Shown in pieces: positions 10,113 to 19,356 of a stretch of DNA of 64,000 bases; the stretch's first letter is position 1; each line of letters begins with the position of its first letter. The DNA is from an uncultured Planctomycetia bacterium. GTDB lineage: Bacteria > Planctomycetota > MHYJ01 > WSZJ01 > CAZWCX01. Under the pieces are notes generated by a model. It worked only from the letters and a program-made list of their open reading frames with translations, made no database searches and was not told the DNA's origin. Made by a program: the position numbers and the translations under genes. The DNA is taken from NCBI GenBank assembly GCA_964632945.1, contig CAZWCX010000005.1:9305-73304 (forward strand). The letters are read 5' to 3'.

Positions 10113-11819
10113 TTGAGTCCGATTCGCACCCTGATCGGAGGGGCGCTGTTGGCGCTGCTGTCCGTGTCGCGCTCTTCCGGGGACCCCGCCCCGGCCGGGC
10201 CGGAAACGATCTTCGTGAATGCCGACATCTACACGCTCGATCCGGCGGGATCGCGGGCGGAGGCGATGGCCGTCGCCGGCGGGCGCATCGTCCGAATCGG
10301 CTCGCGAACGGCCGTCGAAGCCGGGCGCGGTCCCGACACGCGGGTGATCGACCTCGGCGGGCGCACGGTGCTGCCCGGCTTGATCGACGCCCATGCGCAC
10401 CTGGCGTCGCTGGGGGCGCTCGCCTCGGGGCGTCTGGACTTTTCGGACGCGCGGAGTTTCGCGGAGGTGGTGGCGGCGGTGAAAGAGGCGGCCGGTCGCG
10501 CCCCCGCCGGGCAATGGATCCTGGGTCGCCAGTGGGACCAGGCCGACTGGGGTCAGGAGGAGTTTCCGACGCACGCGGCCCTCTCCGAGGCGGTGCCCGG
10601 ACATCCGGTCTGGCTGGCGCGCGTGGACGGCCACGCTGCGATCGCCAATCGCAAGGCGATGGAGCTCGCGGGCGTCACCCGCGACACGCCGAACCCGGTC
10701 GGCGGGGAAGTGCTGCGCGACGCCGCGGGCGAACCGACGGGCGTCTTCGTGGACAACGCGCTCGACCTGGTGGAACGGGCGATCCCCGCCGAGCGGCGCG
10801 GGGCCTGGCGGGAACTTCTGCTGGCCGCGCAGGAGCGGTGCCTTGCCGCCGGTCTGACCGGCGTCCATGACGCGGGGATGTCGCCGGCGGGGATCGACGC
10901 CCTGAACGCCCTCGCCGGGGAGGGGCGCTGGAAGTTGCGCGCCTACGCCATGGTGGCCGGAGACGAGTCCGGACTGGCCTGGGCCCGGGCCCATTCGCCG
11001 CAGATGGGCGCCCCCGGGGATCGGGTGGTCGTCCGCTGTATCAAGCTCTTCATCGACGGCGCCCTCGGATCGCGGGGCGCCTGGCTGCTTGAGCCGTACA
11101 GCGACCGGCCGACCGGGACCGACGGATCGCCGTATGCGGGACTCCCGGTGACCGAACCGGATCAGGTCTACCGCGTGGCCCGGTGGGCGGCCGGCTCGGG
11201 ATGGCAGGTCGCGACCCATGCGATCGGCGATCGCGGCGTTCGCGAGGTCCTGAACGCGTACGAACGCGTCCTCGCGGAGGTCGGCGGCGGCCGCGATCTC
11301 CGCTTCCGGATCGAGCATTTCCAGTGCGCCGACCCGGCCGACATCGCGCGCCTCGCGCCCTTGGGAGTGATCGCGTCCATGCAGCCCACCCACGCCACGA
11401 GCGACATGCGGTGGGCCGAGGACCGCGTCGGACCCGCGCGCCTGCGCGGTTGCTACGCCTGGGCGTCGGTCCTGCGCAGCGGCGCCGTTCTCGCCTTCGG
11501 TTCGGACTTCCCCGTGGAATCGGAGAATCCGTTCTGGGGCCTCCATGCCGCGGTCACCCGCCAGGACGGGGACGGCCGGCCCGCCGGGGGGTGGCGGATC
11601 GAGGAGGCGCTCTCTCGCGAGCAAGCGCTGCGCGCCTTTACCCTGGGCGCGGCGAGATCCGCCTTTGCGGAAGCCGATCTCGGCAGCCTCGAGCCCGGAA
11701 AGTGGGCGGATTTCGTCGTGCTCGACCGAGACCCGATGACCTGCCCTCCGGCCGAGATTCGCGCGACGGGCTGTCTGCGCACCGTGATCGCGGGCGAAAC
11801 CGTGTTCGAGCGGCGGTGA
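10113..11819 (+). CDS. Secreted metal-dependent amidohydrolase (amidohydrolase_3/YtcJ-like)
   Basis: PGLIDAHAH, IKLFIDGALGSRGA, THAIGDRG, RIEHFQ and FGSDFPV motifs. Signal peptide. TTG start at 10113 after GGAGG. Confidence 0.92.
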   Translation: MSPIRTLIGGALLALLSVSRSSGDPAPAGPETIFVNADIYTLDPAGSRAEAMAVAGGRIVRIGSRTAVEAGRGPDTRVIDLGGRTVLPGLIDAHAHLASLGALASGRLDFSDARSFAEVVAAVKEAAGRAPAGQWILGRQWDQADWGQEEFPTHAALSEAVPGHPVWLARVDGHAAIANRKAMELAGVTRDTPNPVGGEVLRDAAGEPTGVFVDNALDLVERAIPAERRGAWRELLLAAQERCLAAGLTGVHDAGMSPAGIDALNALAGEGRWKLRAYAMVAGDESGLAWARAHSPQMGAPGDRVVVRCIKLFIDGALGSRGAWLLEPYSDRPTGTDGSPYAGLPVTEPDQVYRVARWAAGSGWQVATHAIGDRGVREVLNAYERVLAEVGGGRDLRFRIEHFQCADPADIARLAPLGVIASMQPTHATSDMRWAEDRVGPARLRGCYAWASVLRSGAVLAFGSDFPVESENPFWGLHAAVTRQDGDGRPAGGWRIEEALSREQALRAFTLGAARSAFAEADLGSLEPGKWADFVVLDRDPMTCPPAEIRATGCLRTVIAGETVFERR

Positions 11820-11831
11820 GCCGCGGACGGG

Positions 11832-13397
11832 TCAGAACCCGTAGGTGAGCGAAAAGCCGAACACGTTGCGGTCGAAGTCGAAGTCCTTCACGTTCGACTC
11901 CGCGTCGGTGAGCGTGTAGTAGAGGCTCGCGTCGAGGCCCGGGACGATCGGGCGCGAGAGGTTGATGCTGTAGATCTGGGTGTTGTTCACGCGCCGGTCC
12001 ACGAACCCGTCCCGGAAGTTGGGATGGTGATACGTCGTGTGCACGTGCTGATACGACGCGGTGGCGCGTACGTTCAGCGGCAGGACGTACGACACCGCCC
12101 CCTGGATCGCGTCGGAGTCGTAGTCGAAGTCGGATCCGTCGGTGTGTGAATTCTCGTGCGAGTACGAGAGACGGAACACCAGGGTCGTTTCCGGGATGAA
12201 GAAGTCCTGCGTGAACTGAACCCCGTCGATCGCCCCGTCGAGGTCCTCGGTGTGGAAGACGTTGTCATCGTAGAAGGTTTCCCATCGGAAATTGTACGAA
12301 ACCCGGCTCGCGGTCCAGGACGTCGCCCGCCAGGTCACGAAACCGCCCAGGGAGACCGCATTGTTCAGCTGGACCTGGTCCAGCCACAAGTGGGACCAGG
12401 CGCTGTCCACGCCGACCGAGACCCGGTCGAAGATGCGGTACTCCGGGGTCATGCTGATCCGGTAGAGGAAGATGTCCCGTTCGGAGAGCTGGTCGTTCGT
12501 GTGCAGCAGAGTGAACAGACGGCTGGTCAGGGTGAACCGGTCGGTCGCCTGCCAGCGATACCCGCCGTCGATGGAGAAGGTGCCGCGGAAGGCGTCCAGG
12601 CGGTCGGCGAAGTCCGGGTTGCGCGGCTTGGGTTGCTTCCCCGCGGTCGGAACATTGGTGTCGTACTCGAGGCCGCTGGTGAGGTTGACCCACCAGGGCT
12701 TTCCAGGCGCCCCGGCAACCCGGGTCGGCTGCTTCAACAGGTCGATCGTGCCGGAGATGTTCACCCGCTCCGCGTCGGTGAAATCCTGGGAGAGCGCCCC
12801 CTGGAGGCGGGAAACCGCCTCGTCGCCGCGATTCAGGCCGGTCAGGGCGGCAGCCGTGAGCAATTCGACGCGCAGTCGGGTCTCGGGATCCGGCGTGACC
12901 TTCGCCAGTTCGTCGAGAGCATCCTGGAAGCGCTCGGCGGCGAGCAAGGCCTCGGCGATCGCGATGCGGCTGTAGGCATCCCCGGGGGCGAGTCGGTGGT
13001 ACTCCTCGTAGGCGGCGATCGCCTCCGGGTAACGCTCCGCGACGAAGAACGCGCGGCCGCGTTCGAACGCCACGACGTCGAGGTTGAGCCCCGCGCGGAC
13101 CGCGCGATCGATCAGTTCGAGCGCCTCTTCCGGACGGCCGGTGCGGGACCGGCACTTGGCGAGCAGGAAGATGTAGAGCGGATGGTTGGGGGCGCCGGCG
13201 ACCAGGGCTTCGTAAAGCACCGCGGCGGCGGCGTAGTCCCGTGACTGATAGACCCGGGCGGCCTCGAGAGCGGGGGCGTCTTCGCCGGCAGGAGTCGGGG
13301 ATCCGGCCGCGCCTGCGGGTTCCTGGGCGTAGGGGGAAGTGGCCCAAAGGGCAAGCATGAGCAGCGCGGCGAGCGCCGCGCGCGCGTGGATCTTCAC
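11832..13397 (-). CDS. TPR plus outer-membrane beta-barrel protein (Slam/DUF560-like architecture)
   Basis: Signal peptide, several TPRs, then an alternating beta-strand region starting SGLEYDTNV and ending in the OMP signature FGFSLTYGF. Confidence 0.82.
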   Translation of the reverse strand: MKIHARAALAALLMLALWATSPYAQEPAGAAGSPTPAGEDAPALEAARVYQSRDYAAAAVLYEALVAGAPNHPLYIFLLAKCRSRTGRPEEALELIDRAVRAGLNLDVVAFERGRAFFVAERYPEAIAAYEEYHRLAPGDAYSRIAIAEALLAAERFQDALDELAKVTPDPETRLRVELLTAAALTGLNRGDEAVSRLQGALSQDFTDAERVNISGTIDLLKQPTRVAGAPGKPWWVNLTSGLEYDTNVPTAGKQPKPRNPDFADRLDAFRGTFSIDGGYRWQATDRFTLTSRLFTLLHTNDQLSERDIFLYRISMTPEYRIFDRVSVGVDSAWSHLWLDQVQLNNAVSLGGFVTWRATSWTASRVSYNFRWETFYDDNVFHTEDLDGAIDGVQFTQDFFIPETTLVFRLSYSHENSHTDGSDFDYDSDAIQGAVSYVLPLNVRATASYQHVHTTYHHPNFRDGFVDRRVNNTQIYSINLSRPIVPGLDASLYYTLTDAESNVKDFDFDRNVFGFSLTYGF

Positions 13398-13429
13398 CAG
13401 ACTTCCCTCCGTGCCGCTACCCGCGGCAG

Positions 13430-13457
13430 GTCCCCCCGCGCCGCTGCGCGAGGGGAC
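13430..13457 (-). terminator. Intergenic GC-rich hairpin (attenuator or mRNA stabiliser)
   Basis: GTCCCC-C-CGCGC-CGCT-GCGCG-A-GGGGAC between the small secreted gene and the beta-barrel gene. No clear U-tract. Confidence 0.4.
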
Positions 13458-13474
13458 TCAGCTCTTGACCGGCG

Positions 13475-13966
13475 CTAGTGGGTGCTCTTCGCCGCGTCGA
13501 GCGTCGCCCAATTCGCGTCGCTCGCCTGCTTGCTCGCGTCGTTCGCGGCGGGCGCCGGGCCCTTCGTCGTGCGGGTCACCGCCTGCGCAGCCTGCTGGGC
13601 GAGCAACCGCGCCTGCACTCGGGATTGCGCGGACGCCTGTCCGGCCAGTCGGGCCGCCAGGCTCGCCTGCGTGCGACCGATCTCCTCGACGTTCAGCGTC
13701 GAACTTCCGAGATTCGCCGACACGTTCGCGGTGGCGTCCGCCGCCGTGCTGATGCCGCCGCTCGGCACCGGAACGGGCGCATCCACCGGCCCCGCCACCG
13801 CGGGAGCGATCATCATTGCCGAAGCGGCCATCTGCATCTGTTGGGGAGGATTCGGATCCGGGCACCCCGGGTCCACGCCCGGATTTCAGGTAGGCAGGGC
13901 GAGGGCGCCACAGGGGACGAAGGTCAGGAGCGCGAGCAGCGCGAGGGAACCAATCGCCGTCTTCAT
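13475..13966 (-). CDS. Secreted Pro/Ala-rich protein with an in-frame TGA at codon 27 (candidate UGA-recoded or selenoprotein, 163 aa)
   Basis: SD GGGAGGT, ATG 13966, signal peptide MKTAIGSLALLALLTFVPCGALA, then LPT, TGA (13886..13888), then NPGVDPGCPDP continuing in frame into ORF 13475..13876. Confidence 0.7.
13856..13885 (-). other. SECIS-like hairpin immediately 3' of the in-frame TGA
   Basis: A-ATCCGGGC-GTGGACCCGGGGT-GCCCGGAT, an 8-bp perfect stem. An alternative upper stem GGACC-CGG-GGT(G)CC starts 11 nt after the TGA. Folded by eye only. Confidence 0.45.
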
Positions 13967-14033
13967 GGGGAATTTACCTCCCGATGCGGGTAGCTTGGGC
14001 CACAGGTTTGCCGCCTCCTCCCGTCCCATTCTC

Positions 14034-14057
14034 ATGAATGATACAATCGCCATTCAT
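14034..14057. promoter_or_regulatory. Operator-like inverted repeat
   Basis: ATGAATG-N10-CATTCAT overlapping the -10/+1 region of the promoter for the 13966 gene. Confidence 0.45.
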
Positions 14058-14083
14058 TATACCCCGGTCGCCGGGAAACTCAA
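14056..14083 (-). promoter_or_regulatory. sigma70-type promoter for the 13966 gene and beta-barrel gene
   Basis: Minus strand TTGAGT-N16-TATAAT in an AT-rich intergenic stretch. Confidence 0.6.
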
Positions 14084-14154
14084 GGCCAAAGTCCGAATCG
14101 CGCATAATACGAATCAATGGATTGCAACCTAATCTCGCAAAGCGACTTGTGGTT

Positions 14155-17100
14155 CTACTTCGCCATCCTTTCCAGGAACTTCTTCCAGCGCGGGTCCCCG
14201 TGCAACGGGGCGAGGTCGGTGTCTTTTTCGGTCTGATCCCGGGTTCGCGCGCTGGGGACGATTTTGCCCGAAGGATCCAGTTCCTTTCCCCAGTTCAATT
14301 CCGCCGCCTTCTCGAGTTCCTCGAAGGCCAGGTCCTGGTAGGCCTTTTTCTGGTCCGCGACGACGGCCGGCCGGGTCTGGGATCCGGCCTTGCCGGCGCT
14401 GGCCTGGGCGTAGACGCAGGCCAGGTTGTAGTGGGAAATCGCGATGCGGGATCCGTTCTCCCGCAGGATCTTCTCCACCTCTTCCGGCGTGCACAGCTTG
14501 AAGTATCCGTACAGTTTGTGGAACGCCTGCTCGAAGGCCTTTTCGGCCTCCAAGTACTTCTGGTTGAGGGTCAGGTCGTTGGCGGCGTCGAGGTCCCTGG
14601 TCAGGGTGGCGCGCTGGAGTCCGGCTTCCAGGCCTTCCATGAGCTTGTCGAGTTCGGGGTTCTCGTGGGGGACGACCGAGCGGTAGCGCCGGAACGCGTG
14701 CAGGGCCTTTTCGGCGCCGCCCATGGCGACGTAGAGCATGCCGAGGCTGTGCCAGGCGTCCTTCACGCCGCGATCGATGGCCTGCTGATAGTGTTCCTGG
14801 GCGCGCGCGTAGTACGAGGAGCGCAGGTCCTGGGGGATGTCGAACCAGAAGGCGAGGGTGCCTTCCGCATTGGCGAGCAGCTTGTAGAGTTCCGCGTCCT
14901 CGGGGAAGTCGGCGAGCGCGGCCTCGCAGTCGGCGCGCATGAGGTCGGCGTACTTGAACTTCTCCGCTTCCTTGCCGGCCTGCGAGTATTGTCCGCTCAT
15001 GCCGGCGAGGCAGCGGATGCGCATGCGGCGGGCGTCCTTGTCGGCGGGGCTGCGGTCGAGCGCGCGCGAGAGGTCGGCGAATCCCTTTTCGAAGGCGGGG
15101 GTGGAATCTTCCTTCTGATCGGCGAGGGCCTGGCCGAGGTCGTGCCAGGCGATGCCGCGGGCGCGGGTGAGGGCGGTGTCGTCCGCCTGCCGTGTCAAGA
15201 GCGTGTCGTACAGCGCGATGGCGCTCCGGTAGGATTCGCGCGCGTCCTTGCCGAGGGCACGCTGCGATTCCGCGACGCGGGACAGGAGGCCGGCGCGGCG
15301 GTCGAGGAGGTCGGCGTCGGCCGCCTGGGGATCGGCCTTGGCGAGTGCCGTGAGCGTTTCCTGCAGCGCCGGAAGCGCGGCCTCCACGCGACCCGCGGCC
15401 AGGTGGAGGTCGGCGAGATCGCTCCAGGAGCGGGCGCGGAAGAGCTCGACCGCTGGGGTCGAGGCGACGTCCTTCCAGGCGGCGAGGGTTTCCTCGAGCA
15501 GGGGGAGGGCGCGATCCGCCGGCGAGCGTCCGGTCTCGAAGAGGAGGCGCGCGGTCCAGCCGCGGACGATGGCGGTTCCCGGGAAGGCGGAGTCCCGCGC
15601 GACCAGGGCATCCAGTTCATCCCGGGTGCGCTGGAAGACGCGGTCGGCCCCTTCGGCGGCGGGTTCGGTGGTCAGGGCGCGTGCGAGGGCGGCGATGAAC
15701 CGGTCGCGGGGGACCGACGGGAGTGCGGAGTGGCGCTTGTGCAGTTCGGCGAGGGCGACGAGGGCTTCCTGGGGACGGCCGTCGTCGAGGGCGAGCCGCG
15801 CGAGCGCCCACCATCCCTCATCCGCGGACTCGACCGCCGCGACGGCCTTCTCGAGGGCCGCGCCGGCCGTGCCGTCGGCCCCGTCGCGGAGCGTCCCCGC
15901 GAGGGCGCGGGACAGTTCCAGGAGCGCGGGTTCCTCCGGCCACGCCTGGATCTTCGCCAGGTCCTCGGCGGCCTGGAGGCGCAGGGCGGTCAGCCCGGCG
16001 TCCGCCTTTTCCCATGCCGCGGAACCGGTCCAAGCCGCGAGCGGACCCGGCGGGTCCTCGAGGAGCCGTTCGGCCGTGACTGCGGCCAGCCGGGCCGCGG
16101 ACAGGCGCTCGGCGTACTCGTCCAGGCGCACGCGCGCGCGTTCGAGCCGGGCGGCGGGGAAGTCGGGATGGGCGGTGAGCAGGGCGTCGAGCGCTGCGAT
16201 CGCCGGGTCGCGTTGACCGGCCCACCGGAACGCCGACGCTTCCAGCACCCGGGCCTCGCGTAGATCCTCGATCTCGAGGGTGCCGCGGACGTGTTCGGTG
16301 ACCCGTTGCAGGCCGGTCGGGAGCGATCGCGCGTCCCCCTGACGCGAGGCCACGACCAGTTGGTTGAAGGCGGCTTGCGCGTCCGCCAGCCGTGCCAGGG
16401 CGCGGTTGCGGCGGTCTTCCGCCTCTTTTTTTCCGGTGAGCGCGGCCTCGAGATACGAGGCGCGCTGTTTGGCCCACTCGGTCTGCATGACGAAGTAGCC
16501 GGCCACCCCGAGCGCGGCCACGACGGCGGCGCCCAGCAGAATCGGGGTGCGCTTGCGCTTCACGAAGCGCTTGATCTTGTAGTCGATCGACGGCGCGTGG
16601 GCGAGGATGTGTTCGCCCTTCATGATGCGCCAGAGGTCTTCCGCCATCTCGCCGGCGGTGGGGTAGCGGCGGTCGGGGTCCTTTTCGAGCGCCTTCATGC
16701 ACAGGATGTCGAGCTGGCGGTCGAGGGTCGGCACGACCGCGCTGGGCTGGCGCGGATCCTCGTTGAGGACGCGCTGGATCAGCTGGATCGTTTCACCCCC
16801 TTCGAGCGGCGGTCGCCCGGTGAGCAATTCGTACAACATCGCCCCGAGGGCGTAGATGTCGCTGCGCGGGCCGACCTTGGACTGGTCGCCGGCCGCCTGC
16901 TCGGGCGCCATGTAGAGCACCGTGCCCAGCGTGGCGCCGGACTTGGTGAGGCGCTGTTCCGATTCGGTGAGGTCCTTGGCGAGCCCGAAGTCGGTGATGA
17001 CCGGCTTCTTCGTCTCGAGGTCGATGAGGATGTTCGCCGGCTTGATGTCGCGGTGGACGATCCCCTGGGAATGGGCGTAGTCCATCGCCCGGCAGATCTC

Positions 17101-18582
17101 GTTGGCGAGCTTGATCGCGACCGCGACCTCGAGCCCGCCCGGGCGGCCGTCGCGCGTGCGCGCGCCCTTGGGGAAGAGGTCGTCCTTGGGGGCGCGCACG
17201 ACCTTGTCGAGCGACTTTCCCTCGACGTAGTCCATGACGAGGTAGGGCGTATCGCCGTACATGCCGATGTCGTACACCGCGACGATGCCGGGGTGGCGCA
17301 GCTTCGCCGACGCCCGTCCTTCGCGCCAGAAGCGCGCCTGCAGGAGGTCGGGGTCGCCGCTGGCGGCCGTGAGGACCTTGATGGCGACATAGCGGTTGAG
17401 CTTGGGGTCGTACGCCTTGTAGACCGCGCCCATTCCCCCCTGGCCGAGCTTCTGGACCAGGTAGTAGTCGGCGAAGCGTTGCCCGGTGGCCTTGATCTGC
17501 TCGATCTGGCGAACGTCCAGGCCGGCGCGCGAGGCGATGGTGGTGACGCCGGCGCGGGAGCGGTCGACGCTGCTGTCCGCCTTCGAGGTCGCGGCGGGAG
17601 AGACCTTGGACACGGCCAGCTGGCTGTCTCCCTTCCGGCTGTCCCCCTTGGGAGAATGGCGGGTCTGGTCGACCGCGGAGCGCGGACCGCCCGCGACCGA
17701 GGGGGCGGCTGCGGCGGCGCCGGGGGGATCCATGACCGTGGGCTCATGGGGGGCGAGCCCCGCGGAGTCCGACTTCTCGGGGACCTTGGGCAGATTGGGC
17801 TGGAAGCCCGAGGGGCGGCGACCCGGCGGGATCGGGGGTGCGGGGGTCCGGGCGACCGGCATCTCCGGCATGGTCATGGCCGCCTGGAAGTTCGGGTCCT
17901 GCGGCGAGGGGTCGGCGGCGGAGGAATCTCCGTGCGGGATCCCGGGGGCCGACGCCGGGGGCGGGGCCCCGGGCATGCCCGGGAAGAGCGGCGCCCGGCG
18001 CGGCGGCGTTCCGCTCGCCGGCATCTCGGCCATCGTCATGGCCGCCTGGAAGTTCGGGTCCTGCGGCGAGGGGTCGGCGGTGGAGGAATCGCCGTGCGGA
18101 ATCCCGGGGGCCGAAGCCGGGGGCGGATCCATGGGCAATCCCGGGAAGAGCGGCGCGCGGCGCGGCGGCGTGCCCGTCGACGGCGCGTCGGCCATCGTCA
18201 TCGCCGCCTGGAAGTCGGGGTCGCCCGGGTCCCCGGCGCGCGCCGGATCCGGCGCGCCCGTCCCGCCGAGCGGACTCGCGTCCGACATCGTCATCGCATC
18301 CTGGAACCCCGGGTCGCTCATCCCCACCGCGAAGTCCGCGCCGGGATCGTCCCCCGCGCGCGGGCCGGGCGTGGGGCCCGAGGGCGCGAAGGAACGGGGC
18401 TTCACATCCGCTTCTTCGACCGTGCGCCCGGACGGCTCGCCTTCCTTCTCCGGGGAAGGCCCGCCGAACAGGACGTCGGGTACCGTCTCATCGGGCCGGC
18501 GTTCTCCCTTACCCGGCGGCGTCGGCGGACGCGTGCCGGCCTTCTCGTCCTTCTTCGGGTTCGTTTCGGATGGTTCCACCAT
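14155..18582 (-). CDS. Ser/Thr protein kinase with long Pro-rich repetitive N-terminus, TM segment and TPR C-terminus
   Basis: GQGGMG, VAIK, HRDIKPANIL, DFG and GTVLYMAPEQ motifs; TM ILLGAAVVAALGVAGYFVM; TPRs. Confidence 0.93.
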   Translation of the reverse strand: MVEPSETNPKKDEKAGTRPPTPPGKGERRPDETVPDVLFGGPSPEKEGEPSGRTVEEADVKPRSFAPSGPTPGPRAGDDPGADFAVGMSDPGFQDAMTMSDASPLGGTGAPDPARAGDPGDPDFQAAMTMADAPSTGTPPRRAPLFPGLPMDPPPASAPGIPHGDSSTADPSPQDPNFQAAMTMAEMPASGTPPRRAPLFPGMPGAPPPASAPGIPHGDSSAADPSPQDPNFQAAMTMPEMPVARTPAPPIPPGRRPSGFQPNLPKVPEKSDSAGLAPHEPTVMDPPGAAAAAPSVAGGPRSAVDQTRHSPKGDSRKGDSQLAVSKVSPAATSKADSSVDRSRAGVTTIASRAGLDVRQIEQIKATGQRFADYYLVQKLGQGGMGAVYKAYDPKLNRYVAIKVLTAASGDPDLLQARFWREGRASAKLRHPGIVAVYDIGMYGDTPYLVMDYVEGKSLDKVVRAPKDDLFPKGARTRDGRPGGLEVAVAIKLANEICRAMDYAHSQGIVHRDIKPANILIDLETKKPVITDFGLAKDLTESEQRLTKSGATLGTVLYMAPEQAAGDQSKVGPRSDIYALGAMLYELLTGRPPLEGGETIQLIQRVLNEDPRQPSAVVPTLDRQLDILCMKALEKDPDRRYPTAGEMAEDLWRIMKGEHILAHAPSIDYKIKRFVKRKRTPILLGAAVVAALGVAGYFVMQTEWAKQRASYLEAALTGKKEAEDRRNRALARLADAQAAFNQLVVASRQGDARSLPTGLQRVTEHVRGTLEIEDLREARVLEASAFRWAGQRDPAIAALDALLTAHPDFPAARLERARVRLDEYAERLSAARLAAVTAERLLEDPPGPLAAWTGSAAWEKADAGLTALRLQAAEDLAKIQAWPEEPALLELSRALAGTLRDGADGTAGAALEKAVAAVESADEGWWALARLALDDGRPQEALVALAELHKRHSALPSVPRDRFIAALARALTTEPAAEGADRVFQRTRDELDALVARDSAFPGTAIVRGWTARLLFETGRSPADRALPLLEETLAAWKDVASTPAVELFRARSWSDLADLHLAAGRVEAALPALQETLTALAKADPQAADADLLDRRAGLLSRVAESQRALGKDARESYRSAIALYDTLLTRQADDTALTRARGIAWHDLGQALADQKEDSTPAFEKGFADLSRALDRSPADKDARRMRIRCLAGMSGQYSQAGKEAEKFKYADLMRADCEAALADFPEDAELYKLLANAEGTLAFWFDIPQDLRSSYYARAQEHYQQAIDRGVKDAWHSLGMLYVAMGGAEKALHAFRRYRSVVPHENPELDKLMEGLEAGLQRATLTRDLDAANDLTLNQKYLEAEKAFEQAFHKLYGYFKLCTPEEVEKILRENGSRIAISHYNLACVYAQASAGKAGSQTRPAVVADQKKAYQDLAFEELEKAAELNWGKELDPSGKIVPSARTRDQTEKDTDLAPLHGDPRWKKFLERMAK
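17869..18315 (-). repeat. 162-nt (54-aa) tandem repeat inside the kinase N-terminus
   Basis: The motif CGCCTGGAAG recurs at 17881, 18043 and 18205 (period 162). DPxFQAAMTM occurs three times at that period, plus a degenerate DPGFQDAMTM copy near 18315. Confidence 0.85.
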
Positions 18583-18603
18583 GGTCTTTCCCCTCTCCGC
18601 GAC

Positions 18604-19356
18604 TCAGTCTTTTCTGCCGCTCCAGTCCACGAGGCGACCGGTTTCCATCTCGACCCCGTCCAGGACTCGGCGCGCCTCGACCCACCAGGGATGGCCCGCC
18701 TTCCATACCTGCGTGGAGACGAGGGGTTTTCCGTTGATCTGGGTCTTGATCTCGACCACGGCGGTCCGCCCGCCATCCGCGTACTTCGTCGTCTGGATGA
18801 ACTCCCGCGTGCCCGTGCCGATCGTGTCGGCCACCGTCTCGTCCGTCCCTTCCCGCGGCAATCGGGGCAGGTCGAGCGGAATCAGCAGCCCGGTGTCGGA
18901 GTGGACGTAGGTCTTGGACGGATTGTCGATGACCGAGGAGGTTTCGCCGTCGTCCGTCTGCTCCATCCGCTTCAGCGTGAGGTTCGAGGAGCGAACGATC
19001 AGCGTGACGCGCTCGGTGTCGAACTGATCGTTCGTCATCTCCAGGACGAAACACCGGTTCCCGTCCAGGGTCTTCATCTCGACCACCTGGAACGTGCAGG
19101 TGACCGTCGTCTTCCGGTCCTTCTCGAGTGTCGGCGGTTTGTTCGGCTGCTTCGGATTGACCCCGGCCATCGGATGGCATTCGATCTTCCACCAGTCCCC
19201 GACGGTCCAGGCGGGGGCGACGGTCATCGGGACCTCGTCTTTGGTCCCCGGCGGAGGCTCATCGCCGGGATCCTCGTCCTGGGCGTGCGACAGGGAGGCG
19301 GCCAGAAAGGCGAGCAACCACGCGAACACGAGTCTGCGCAGACAGAAGACGCGCAT
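18604..19356 (-). CDS. Secreted hypothetical protein (beta-rich)
   Basis: C-terminal part of ORF 18604..20001. Signal peptide MRVFCLRRLVFAWLLAFLAASLSHA, then APAWTVGDWWKI...TFQVVEMKTLDG. Confidence 0.75.
   Translation of the reverse strand: MRVFCLRRLVFAWLLAFLAASLSHAQDEDPGDEPPPGTKDEVPMTVAPAWTVGDWWKIECHPMAGVNPKQPNKPPTLEKDRKTTVTCTFQVVEMKTLDGNRCFVLEMTNDQFDTERVTLIVRSSNLTLKRMEQTDDGETSSVIDNPSKTYVHSDTGLLIPLDLPRLPREGTDETVADTIGTGTREFIQTTKYADGGRTAVVEIKTQINGKPLVSTQVWKAGHPWWVEARRVLDGVEMETGRLVDWSGRKD

Noticed and set aside
14005-14012. GGCAAACC in the leader of the 13966 gene as a c-di-GMP-I riboswitch
   Set aside because: The GAAA tetraloop and GGGACGCAAAGC elements are absent.
18583-18606. TGA of the 18604 gene is in frame with the downstream kinase ATG (21-nt gap)
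   Set aside because: The gap holds the kinase SD (GGAGAGG), a secreted domain fused ahead of a cytoplasmic kinase is topologically implausible, and one-in-three frame coincidence explains it.
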